From: a virus
DNA: 64,000 nucleotides
Strand: one strand, 5' to 3'
Virus record (IMG/VR): IMGVR_UViG_3300025707_000004
Shown: in pieces, positions 28,359 to 36,517 of the stretch
Layout: the number at the start of each line of letters is the position of its first letter
Numbering within the stretch: the first letter of the stretch is position 1
Program-made: the position numbers and the translations under genes
Notes under the pieces: model-generated
Database searches by the model: none
Told to the model about the DNA's origin: nothing
What the model saw: only the letters and a program-made list of their open reading frames with translations

Positions 28359-28883
28359 CTAGTCGAGGAGCTTCTTCAGGCTCTTGGACGCGGGCGTCTT
28401 GTTCGCGAAGCTGACCGAGGGGTTCTTGGGGTTCGGCTTCTTGGCGTTGGCCAGCTCCTGGGCGTAGTGCGCCAGGGTACCCGTGGCCATCTGTTCCAGC
28501 TTGACGTTGTCGATGCTCCTGATGATGCCGGGGGTGAGGAGGACCTCGTTGGGCAAGAGGGCGATGTCGAAGACCGGGGTGCTGGGCTTGGCCCCGCGAG
28601 TCGTCTCGCTGTAGTTCCAGGTCTCGCTGGTCTCGATGGCGAGGATGGCCTCCTTGGCTTCCGCCTCTGCCGTCTCGGCGCGGGCGGTCAGCTCCATGAA
28701 CTGCGTGAAGACAGGCCGGTTCTCAGCCATGAACTCCTTCATCACGGCGATGATGCGGTCTCGCGCATCAATCTTGGCCTGGGCGGCGGTCTCGGCGGCG
28801 GTGATGGCGCCTGTCTCGACGACGGGGGTGACGGTCGCAACCTCAGGCTGAGTGAGACGACGGCGGCGAAGGGTCGAACGCAT
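28359..28883 (-). CDS. Hypothetical protein
   Basis: GGAG RBS; codon bias. Confidence 0.6.
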   Translation of the reverse strand: MRSTLRRRRLTQPEVATVTPVVETGAITAAETAAQAKIDARDRIIAVMKEFMAENRPVFTQFMELTARAETAEAEAKEAILAIETSETWNYSETTRGAKPSTPVFDIALLPNEVLLTPGIIRSIDNVKLEQMATGTLAHYAQELANAKKPNPKNPSVSFANKTPASKSLKKLLD

Positions 28884-28896
28884 TTTCGGACTCCAT

Positions 28897-28911
28897 TATT
28901 AGTCGCTAATA
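28897..28911. repeat. Palindrome copy 7, TATTAGTCGCTAATA
   Basis: Overlaps the stop codon of the UDG-like gene. Confidence 0.95.
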
Positions 28912-29597
28912 TTTTCACCCCGCTGTTCGCGGAGGTGCCTAGCGATGACGGATGCTTGCTGTATGTGATTGAAGGCGGTGTTCCACAAACCGCCCTCTGA
29001 CATGTCCCAATTTCGATACAGATGACTGAGGCTGTAGGTCACCATGCAGGGTACTACCATGGGGGACAGACCACCAGAAACTTGTGGCTCTACAATCTCC
29101 CCCAGGTTGGGAACAAACTTGGGAGGGTTCTTCGGGAAAACAGCCTCAACAGCCATCTTCCCAAGACACACAATGATCTCCGGGCAGAGCAGCCGAATCT
29201 CCTCGTGTAGGCGCGGCCGACAAGCCGACACTTGCGCCCGGTTGGGGACAGGCATCAACTCAAGAGGCCGCCAGTCGTCGGGGTCAGGAACGGTTGTAGG
29301 GCACAGGGTTGCGGGCGTGAACCAGTAGTCCGCAGGGATGTGGCCGAAGCTCGACAGCAGGGTGCGTAAGACCCCCTCGTAGTTTCCAGTGGGGAACTCA
29401 CGAGTCTGTAGAACGGCGGGGTCAAAGCGGTCTGTGACGAACAGAAGCTCTGGCTTGCGCGGCCCATGCTCCGCCTTGGTGTAGGCGGGCATAGAGCGGA
29501 ACTTCGAGAGCCCGCACTTGTCGCAACTAGCCCAGCACCTCTGTACCGCCCACAGCTTGTCAGAGAGCGGGGGGTCAACCGCTGTAATCAAGGCCAT
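28899..29597 (-). CDS. Uracil-DNA glycosylase family 4-like protein, catalytic motifs degenerate
   Basis: CDKCGL..R, CRPRLHEEIRLLCPEIIVCLGKMA; lacks the GEAPG and HP motifs. Confidence 0.7.
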   Translation of the reverse strand: MALITAVDPPLSDKLWAVQRCWASCDKCGLSKFRSMPAYTKAEHGPRKPELLFVTDRFDPAVLQTREFPTGNYEGVLRTLLSSFGHIPADYWFTPATLCPTTVPDPDDWRPLELMPVPNRAQVSACRPRLHEEIRLLCPEIIVCLGKMAVEAVFPKNPPKFVPNLGEIVEPQVSGGLSPMVVPCMVTYSLSHLYRNWDMSEGGLWNTAFNHIQQASVIARHLREQRGENISD

Positions 29598-31413
29598 TGC
29601 GCTGTAGCTTCCTTTTCAGTGCCCAGGACATCCCTTTCAGGATGTCTATCTTTGTGTCAGAGACGATGAGGTAGAGCGGCTGGGGCTTGCCCTCAAAGAG
29701 CCGCTCGATGCGCCCCTTGCTCTGGACCAGCATTCGCCAGGAGGTGAAGGCGCTCGCCATCACGACCGTGTCCTTCTTCGGCGCGTCCAGCCCCTCCAGG
29801 GCAACCCCCATTGTGGCGAAGCATGCCCGGCAGCTTGCGAGGATCCGAACACGGTCAATCCCGGAGGTCTCTCCAGTGATGACTCCGACCCCTGAGGCTT
29901 TCGCCAAGGTGGGACTCACCTGTAGCAGCGCCTTCGCCAACTGCTCCGGGTGGGCCTGCGCATGGGCCAGGACCAATACATCCCGGCCCTTGTTCAGCGC
30001 GGGGATGACCATCTGCCGGATGATTTGTCGATTCCGGATGCGGTCCATAGCGAGGTACTGGTAGAGCATGCCGAGGTTGATGCGTCTCTGCCGGTCGAAC
30101 ACAGCCTTGCGGACAGCCTTGTCTTCCGTCGCCAGCCGGGTGGGCAGGTCCTTGAAGTAAAGAGCCGCTGGATATTCAGGCTCCATGTCCTCGTAGATGA
30201 CCCCACCCGTGTGTGCGTACATGAGGGCCTCAAGCCCGTCGTCGCGCTCTGGTGTAGCTGTGAGGCTGAACCGGGCACCATGGAACACATCGATAGCCCG
30301 AATGAACGTGGCAGCAGGGAGGTGGTGCCCCTCATCAAAGAAGACGGACCCGAACCGCTGTCGTATCCACTGCGGGAAATCGTCGAGCCCGCTCACCAGG
30401 GACTGGATGGTGCTGATGACCAACGGGCGGTTCCAGACAGATGTCTCCCCGTCGATGCGGTCCCGAAGGAGCCGGTGCTTGAAGAGCACCTCCCGGTAGT
30501 CCCGCAGCAGGGTGAAGGGCGCTTTACCCTCGTCTGCCCAGGCGTGCAGACACTTGGCCCGCCCGGCCTCATAGTCGAGCCGCTCTATGGGGGTGCAGAT
30601 GCGGTTTACCAGCGCCTGGACGTGCTTCCCGGAGAGGGGGTTAAACCCCGGGCCTGCAACCTTTTCCAGCTGCTGGATCAGTTGGACCATTTCCGAGTCA
30701 CAGTCCACGAGCGCTTTTGCGAGAAGTTTCGGGTTGTCCGGGATGTGGTAGGCGTCGCGGTGGGATAGCCCGGAGGTGACCATCCCGATGTCCTTGTCCT
30801 CCAGGTCCAAGAACTTCATAGCGCTGAGCTTCCACTGGTGCGCCAGCCCGCGGTTGTTTACCAGAACGATGCCAGGGAAGCCCCGCTGCGCGAGCTTCTT
30901 CAGGCTCATCACGGTCTTCCCTTTGCCGCACGATAGCTTGAGGGTGCCGTTACCGGCTTCGGAGAGGGCCTCCCATGCCGCTTTCTGGGCGACGTTCCTG
31001 GGCTCAATCCTGCTGCCGAAGTCAATCTGACTCCAGACGTCCTCAAGTTGTGGGGACTCGAAGTCCACCTTGTCGGTTTCTTCGGAGCACAGGTATCGGG
31101 GGACCACCAAGTGGCCGTCCAGCTCGCGCACTAAGGAGATTGGTACTTGCTCCGGGAGTTCCCCGAAGCGCATGGGTTTCCCGTCAGGTCCTTTGATTGT
31201 GGCCCCCGCTCGGGTCGTCATGAGCGGACGCGGGTCATATGTAAGCTTAGGTGTGACGACGCTGCGCTCCTCGATACGAGCCCAGTCCACATCATCCACG
31301 CAGGGCGGCAGCCACAGACTTGCTGAGGCTACCGCACGATCTTTGAAGCCGGCTCCGTCGTCCTGCTCAGGGCAGGGCGTCGTCGGAACCTGCTGGGGTC
31401 TCAGAATGCGCAT
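29575..31413 (-). CDS. SF2 helicase (UvsW/XPB-like)
   Basis: CGKGKT, FDEGHH, LTATPERDDG, EGLDAP and QSKGRI motifs. Confidence 0.85.
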   Translation of the reverse strand: MRILRPQQVPTTPCPEQDDGAGFKDRAVASASLWLPPCVDDVDWARIEERSVVTPKLTYDPRPLMTTRAGATIKGPDGKPMRFGELPEQVPISLVRELDGHLVVPRYLCSEETDKVDFESPQLEDVWSQIDFGSRIEPRNVAQKAAWEALSEAGNGTLKLSCGKGKTVMSLKKLAQRGFPGIVLVNNRGLAHQWKLSAMKFLDLEDKDIGMVTSGLSHRDAYHIPDNPKLLAKALVDCDSEMVQLIQQLEKVAGPGFNPLSGKHVQALVNRICTPIERLDYEAGRAKCLHAWADEGKAPFTLLRDYREVLFKHRLLRDRIDGETSVWNRPLVISTIQSLVSGLDDFPQWIRQRFGSVFFDEGHHLPAATFIRAIDVFHGARFSLTATPERDDGLEALMYAHTGGVIYEDMEPEYPAALYFKDLPTRLATEDKAVRKAVFDRQRRINLGMLYQYLAMDRIRNRQIIRQMVIPALNKGRDVLVLAHAQAHPEQLAKALLQVSPTLAKASGVGVITGETSGIDRVRILASCRACFATMGVALEGLDAPKKDTVVMASAFTSWRMLVQSKGRIERLFEGKPQPLYLIVSDTKIDILKGMSWALKRKLQRNGLDYSG

Positions 31414-31951
31414 TTTCTAATTCTGCTCCAGGAGGGGTGAGGGGCGCCAGCGTATTTACGGCTGACTTTCCCCATGTGACCGCGCCCGCTAGGGGCACGC
31501 CTCCATGAATGCGAATCGCGTCTTGAGGCTCCAACCCCGGGGGGCAGGAGAAGACGTAGTGGACACTGTGGGCACGCTCTACGTTCGCTGTGTAGAGAGT
31601 GGTGTCCTGGCGTTCTGTAGACCCGTCTTCAAAGTACTGACCGAGACCACACCCTCGCCCTGCGAGGATCTGTGTACCGTGCTCCTGTAGGAGAAGCATT
31701 AGGTAGTACGCCTCCATTTTGGCCCACTTGGGGCCGGTGGAGAACTCTCTGTCAGCTCGGTCCCAAACCCAGTTACTGGGTAGGAACTCGATGCGTAGAA
31801 ACGGATGTGAGCTGGTGCTCGGGCGGGTTATTCGCCAACCTGGACCCCAGGTGGCAAGTAGTTCCCTTAGTGCTTGTCCAACTTGGTCGACCTCAGAGAA
31901 GCTAAGGAAGACGAACTTAGCGCCGGAGGTGCGACGGATGTCCTCAGACAT
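31367..31951 (-). CDS. Hypothetical protein
   Basis: Overlaps both neighbours on the same strand. Confidence 0.5.
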   Translation of the reverse strand: MSEDIRRTSGAKFVFLSFSEVDQVGQALRELLATWGPGWRITRPSTSSHPFLRIEFLPSNWVWDRADREFSTGPKWAKMEAYYLMLLLQEHGTQILAGRGCGLGQYFEDGSTERQDTTLYTANVERAHSVHYVFSCPPGLEPQDAIRIHGGVPLAGAVTWGKSAVNTLAPLTPPGAELENAHSETPAGSDDALP

Positions 31952-32369
31952 CAGTCAGAAGTCGGGTGATTTGTTCACGGATGAAGTACTCGATTTCGGG
32001 AGTACGCTCTCGGTGTCCGTGGTCGAAGAACATTGTTACCAGGGCCTCGATACGGTGGGTTGGTAGGTCATCAGCGGGGTCAGCGGTCTTCAGCGCCGCG
32101 GTGGCTTGAACTCCGTACTTTTGGTTTGCTCCGCTCTTCTTTTGGAGCCGGGCGGTAGCCAGAGCAAGCTCCAGCTGGGTGTAAGTTGGTGCCTCGCGGA
32201 TACCGAGGACATCCCCCATCTGTTCTAGTTTGGCGTTACTCGGTATCCGGTCACCTGCGGTGTACGCACGTACGGACTCTCGGGCGATGCCTGCGTCTAT
32301 TGAGAACGTCCTGAGGGAGGAGTACCCCGCGTCGGTTATCGCGGCTTTTAGCAGAGCATCGAAGGTCAC
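31944..32369 (-). CDS. XRE/Cro-like HTH DNA-binding protein, first gene of the leftward arm
   Basis: SLRTFSIDAGIARESVRAYTAGDRIPS..KLEQM HTH pattern; GTG start inferred. Confidence 0.65.
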   Translation of the reverse strand: MTFDALLKAAITDAGYSSLRTFSIDAGIARESVRAYTAGDRIPSNAKLEQMGDVLGIREAPTYTQLELALATARLQKKSGANQKYGVQATAALKTADPADDLPTHRIEALVTMFFDHGHRERTPEIEYFIREQITRLLTDV

Positions 32370-32424
32370 CTCTGCTTTTCTCCCATTCGCACGTCGTGTA
32401 AGCTTCTCTTGTTGCTCTGAGCAG

Positions 32425-32454
32425 CTTATACCGAAAAGCGGACGCCGCTTGTGA
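32425..32454 (-). promoter_or_regulatory. Candidate leftward promoter P5 (TCACAA-N18-TATAAG)
   Basis: At the divergence point of the two arms; -10 matches the set, -35 is weaker. Confidence 0.45.
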
Positions 32455-32462
32455 GGGTGCAC

Positions 32463-33464
32463 ATGGATACGCTCGACCTCCGGATTGTTGACCAGTACGA
32501 CGACGGCGGACAGCTGCTTCGGGACCGGCTGGGGGGTAAAACCCCTGCCGTCTTCGAGACCGCTGTCAATCTGTCGGATGTGACTGTCAAGCATCCTAGC
32601 GATTACGCTGTCTTCGTCAAGACCGCGTCTGGTTTGGCCGCCAAGTTCCCGCTGATGGACGCGGGGAATACTGCGGCTTCACTCCTCTACTTCGTGTCTT
32701 GCGGGATGCATCTCCCGGAGGAGCTGCGGAAGGAAGCCTCGGCGAAGCTGGAGACTGCCCTCGATGCGTTCGGTCTTCCGGCGTACAACGAGATGGAGAA
32801 GATCGCTTCGCCTATCGACATCCTCACCAGTGCCGCCGCGGACGACCACGCGCTGGCCGCGCTGTTCGAGCTGGAGACGGACCCGTCCATCGAGCACCTC
32901 CGTGACGAGTTCGCTGGCTGCAGCCCCCGAGGCAAGCAGCGGCTGGCCTTCATGGTGAAGGAAGCCGGCGTCGACCTCGACACCGTTCCGGAGCTGAAGG
33001 ACTACGCTGGCACGGAGGTCGGCCAGAACCTCAGTATGGCTATCGACGCGCGCAAGCTCGCGACGGGTTGGTCCCCTGAGCCCTCGAAGGTGCTCGACAC
33101 GCTGAAGGAGAAGACGGCCTCGGGCGAGTTCACTGCTGAGGAGGCGGTCGCTTCCCTGGAGCTGTTCGATAGCACTCTCCAGCTCACGCAGTACTACGGC
33201 CGCAGCATCCCGGACCCGGTGTACTCCATCTACGGCGCCCCCTACGAGGGGCACACCAAGACCGCGTCGGTCAACGTGTCCATCGGTGGGCGGGACTACA
33301 GCGGCGACGACATCGTTTCTTTCGCACAGGGAGCGGGCTCTCGACTTGAGGGTGAGTTTGGTGCAGAGTTCGCCCAGCAGTTCGCAGCCGACCCTGTGAG
33401 TGTCCTGGGAAGCCTCCCGGACCCGCACAAGGCGGTGATTGCCGGGATGATGGATGCGCCCTGA
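32463..33464 (+). CDS. Virion-associated hypothetical protein rich in K-x-A-S motifs
   Basis: KTAS x3, KEAS, KIAS, KEAG; first gene of the rightward arm. Confidence 0.6.
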   Translation: MDTLDLRIVDQYDDGGQLLRDRLGGKTPAVFETAVNLSDVTVKHPSDYAVFVKTASGLAAKFPLMDAGNTAASLLYFVSCGMHLPEELRKEASAKLETALDAFGLPAYNEMEKIASPIDILTSAAADDHALAALFELETDPSIEHLRDEFAGCSPRGKQRLAFMVKEAGVDLDTVPELKDYAGTEVGQNLSMAIDARKLATGWSPEPSKVLDTLKEKTASGEFTAEEAVASLELFDSTLQLTQYYGRSIPDPVYSIYGAPYEGHTKTASVNVSIGGRDYSGDDIVSFAQGAGSRLEGEFGAEFAQQFAADPVSVLGSLPDPHKAVIAGMMDAP

Positions 33465-34128
33465 AGAAATCTCCGCTCTCGGGCCCACAGGACCGGAGGC
33501 GATACCGGAAGCGTTCACGAACAGCGAGACACATCCGCTCGTTCTTGGACTAATCCTCCTCAAGACCTTCAAGACGGAGTACCTCGGCTGGGAGCCTGAG
33601 ACCGTCTGGGCGGAGATTTACCTGTCCTTCGGGCGCACACCTTCTGCGGCTTCCCGCAACAAGATTCAGGCTATCCGGTCGAGCATGGTGGCTTCTGCGC
33701 CGTACGAGGCGTGGGACATCTTCGAGAATGTAGCCCTGGGTCTTCGCGGCCTACCCCCACGCTTTGACATGGTGCAGCAGGCCAACCCGCTGCAGTGTGC
33801 CTTCGCCCTCGACGTGCTCTCCTCGCTGCGCCAAGACGTCAAGGTGTCGAAAGAGGTCTACAAGTACGTCGCCGCCGGGATGTTCTCGGCGGGGTATGTC
33901 TACGGCCCCGGGCCGCTTGAGCCGTGTAACGACTACGTGCAGAAGCTGGGCGAGGGCAGTACCTCGTCCATGCAGGATGCGGTGCGGCTATTAGTCGCTA
34001 ATAACTCGCCGGGCGTAGACGCTCGCTCGGCCATCGGCCTGCAAGCCGCTAAGTCCCAGGCTATAGTAGCCTTTGTGCGGAAGCAGAATGCCCTGTTCAT
34101 CGAGCAGTCCAGCAGGTTGTTGAGTTAA
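33454..34128 (+). CDS. Hypothetical protein
   Basis: Operonic; immediately upstream of the portal-like gene. Confidence 0.6.
   Translation: MRPEEISALGPTGPEAIPEAFTNSETHPLVLGLILLKTFKTEYLGWEPETVWAEIYLSFGRTPSAASRNKIQAIRSSMVASAPYEAWDIFENVALGLRGLPPRFDMVQQANPLQCAFALDVLSSLRQDVKVSKEVYKYVAAGMFSAGYVYGPGPLEPCNDYVQKLGEGSTSSMQDAVRLLVANNSPGVDARSAIGLQAAKSQAIVAFVRKQNALFIEQSSRLLS
33989..34003. repeat. Palindrome copy 8, TATTAGTCGCTAATA
   Basis: Encodes LLVANN. Confidence 0.95.
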
Positions 34129-34130
34129 GC

Positions 34131-36026
34131 ATGTCCGTCATTACAGCCCCTTCGGCCGGTAGGCAGGCCCGCGCCTCGTCAGTGGGGCGGCCTGAGGCGT
34201 TCTACCCGTCACCGTTCTTCGACATCGCTGAGAACTACCTCCCGTCGACTATCCGGGAGACGTTCGAGTGGTGTGCCTACTACCAGCGTACCAACCCCAT
34301 CATCTCGACGGTGACGAGTCGCCTCGCGGCGTACCCCATCACGGACATCATGTTCGACGAGGGGAACGAGGGGCTGGTCGAAGAGTGGCGGGACCTGTTC
34401 GAGACCAAGCTGCGCATCCGCCAGTTCCTGGTCGAGCAGAACCTGGACAGGTACACGTTCGGCAACTCGTTCTGTACGGTCTCATTCCCGTTCGTGAAGA
34501 AGCTGACGTGTCGTCAGTGCCAGCACGCGGTCGAGGCGTCCAAAGCTAAGTACCAGTGGCGCGACACGAAGTTCATGCTGCACTGCCAGGAGTGCGATAC
34601 CCAGCACGAGGCGAAGGTACACGACGAGTACCAGAAGAACCTCGAAGCGGTGCGGCTGGTCCGGTGGAACCCGCGGGTAATCGAGATCGAGTACAACGAG
34701 ATAACTGGGCGTTCCCGGTACTTCTACCGGATGCCCCAGTATCTGCGGAACCAGATTACTCTTGGCATTCCTGACGTGGTGCAGAACGTCCCCCAGACGT
34801 TCATCGACGCGATACGTAAAAAGAAGGCCATCCTCATCGAGTCGGACAAAATCTTCCACTCGCGGAGGGCGTCCATCAGCACGAACCCGGGGGACCAGGG
34901 CTGGGGCGCCCCGCTTGTCCTGCCGGTCCTGAAGGACATCTTCTTCACGCAGGTCCTGCGGAAGAGCCAGGAAGCGGTGTGCATGGAGCACATCGTCCCC
35001 ATGCGTGTGCTCTACCCGCAGGTCACCGGAGACGGCAACAACTTCTACTCCCAGGTCAACCTGAAGAGCTGGCAGAAGGAGGTCGAGCTTCAGGTCACCA
35101 AGTGGCGCCAGGACCCCAACCACATCCCGGTCCTCGGGTTCCCGCTCGGCTACCAGCTCATCGGTGGGCAGGGCCGGGCCATGCTGCTCCACCAGGAGCT
35201 GCGGGTCTACTTCGACCAAATCGTAGCGGGCATGGGTGTGCCCACCTCGTTCTTCTACGGGGAGGCCCAGTACAGCGGCGCGAGCGTGAACCTCAAGGCG
35301 CTTGAGAACGAGTTCCTTGGCAACCGTCAAGACATGCTGCGGTTGGTTCACTTCATCCGGGATGCCATTGCCGGTGGGTGTGACAAAACGCCTATTGGGA
35401 TGAGGTTCCGCCCGTTCAAGATGGCGGACGACATCCAGCGCGCGTCGTACGACCTGCAGCTGTCGCAGGGTGGGCTCATCTCGCAGCGGTCGTTGCTACA
35501 GTCTCGGGACTTCGACTACGACCGGGAGCAGACGCTGCTCAAGACCGAGCGGTCGGTCCAGGCGCGTGTATCGCGCCAGCAGATTGTCGACCAAGCGGCG
35601 GCGCAAGGCGAGGCGCAGATTATCCAGGCCAAGTACGGCGCACAGGCGCAGGTGCAGCAGCAGGAGATTCTGAACCAGAACGGCATGGCGACGCCGGAGC
35701 AGCAACAGCAGCAAGGGCAGGAGCAGCAGGGTGCTGCGGGGCAGCAGGCTCAACAGGGCCAGCCGCAGCAGCCTGGGCAAGAGCAGCAGGCTCAGCCGGG
35801 GCAAGAGCAGCAGCCGGTGGAGAGCGCGGGAGGCCAGAACCTCGCCGTAGCGGCGCGGACCGTCGCCCAGCAGTTGAGCGCTATGTCAGAGGTCGACCAG
35901 TATCACCGGCTGGAGCAGCTGCGGGCCAACAACCCGAATCTGTACGAGCTGGTTTTCAGGGACCTAAAAAGTCAGGGCGTACGGCTACGCCCCAACCCTG
36001 AGCAGTTACCCTCGCGCGGACCCTAG
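34131..36026 (+). CDS. Portal-like protein with Zn ribbon and Gln-rich tail
   Basis: Portal-like pattern (D.YTFGNSF, WGAPLVLPVLK, I.AGMGVP..F); CRQC/CQEC; poly-Q C-terminus. Confidence 0.55.
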   Translation: MSVITAPSAGRQARASSVGRPEAFYPSPFFDIAENYLPSTIRETFEWCAYYQRTNPIISTVTSRLAAYPITDIMFDEGNEGLVEEWRDLFETKLRIRQFLVEQNLDRYTFGNSFCTVSFPFVKKLTCRQCQHAVEASKAKYQWRDTKFMLHCQECDTQHEAKVHDEYQKNLEAVRLVRWNPRVIEIEYNEITGRSRYFYRMPQYLRNQITLGIPDVVQNVPQTFIDAIRKKKAILIESDKIFHSRRASISTNPGDQGWGAPLVLPVLKDIFFTQVLRKSQEAVCMEHIVPMRVLYPQVTGDGNNFYSQVNLKSWQKEVELQVTKWRQDPNHIPVLGFPLGYQLIGGQGRAMLLHQELRVYFDQIVAGMGVPTSFFYGEAQYSGASVNLKALENEFLGNRQDMLRLVHFIRDAIAGGCDKTPIGMRFRPFKMADDIQRASYDLQLSQGGLISQRSLLQSRDFDYDREQTLLKTERSVQARVSRQQIVDQAAAQGEAQIIQAKYGAQAQVQQQEILNQNGMATPEQQQQQGQEQQGAAGQQAQQGQPQQPGQEQQAQPGQEQQPVESAGGQNLAVAARTVAQQLSAMSEVDQYHRLEQLRANNPNLYELVFRDLKSQGVRLRPNPEQLPSRGP

Positions 36027-36280
36027 TCACGCGCGGAGGCAAGCACCACTGCGCAGAGCACGGGGCTGAACCCCCCGCACTCCTCACAGTTCCCGCTTGA
36101 GAAGTACACCTCAGCGGTGTCCTCCTCGACGACCAGACACGTACCGCACAGCCACTCGGCCGTCCAGGCGCGTCGCTTCTCGAAGAAGCGGCAGTCAGCA
36201 CACTCCCGGGGGGTGTAGCAAGGCATCGGGGCAAGCGGACAGCTTACCCCCGGCCTCAGCGGGATGAATTTTGGGTTCAC
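36023..36280 (-). CDS. Small Cys-rich Zn-finger protein, antisense island
   Basis: CADC, CGTC and CEEC pairs; downstream of candidate promoter P6. Confidence 0.55.
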   Translation of the reverse strand: MNPKFIPLRPGVSCPLAPMPCYTPRECADCRFFEKRRAWTAEWLCGTCLVVEEDTAEVYFSSGNCEECGGFSPVLCAVVLASARD

Positions 36281-36429
36281 CCTACTTCTGAACGGGGGTG
36301 AGCGCGTCTTCGGTCCCGCGTTCCAGGTCCTTCGTTGTGGACGTGTTTGTGATTGCTTTCATAAAAAACTGGGCTCCTCTCACACAGTGACTGCGAACGT
36401 CGGAAGAGTATTCTTCCTTGTTCGTAATT

Positions 36430-36459
36430 CTTATACCAAGAAGGAGAACCTGTTTAGCG
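36430..36459 (-). promoter_or_regulatory. Candidate leftward promoter P6 (CGCTAA-N18-TATAAG), divergent from the RNAP gene
   Basis: GGTATAAGAA matches the -10 context of the promoter set. Confidence 0.45.
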
Positions 36460-36517
36460 CAGGCCGTGCGCTGCTAGTATGGGCGAAGGTACGCCCCAAA
36501 ACAGAGGCTTTTCCCCG

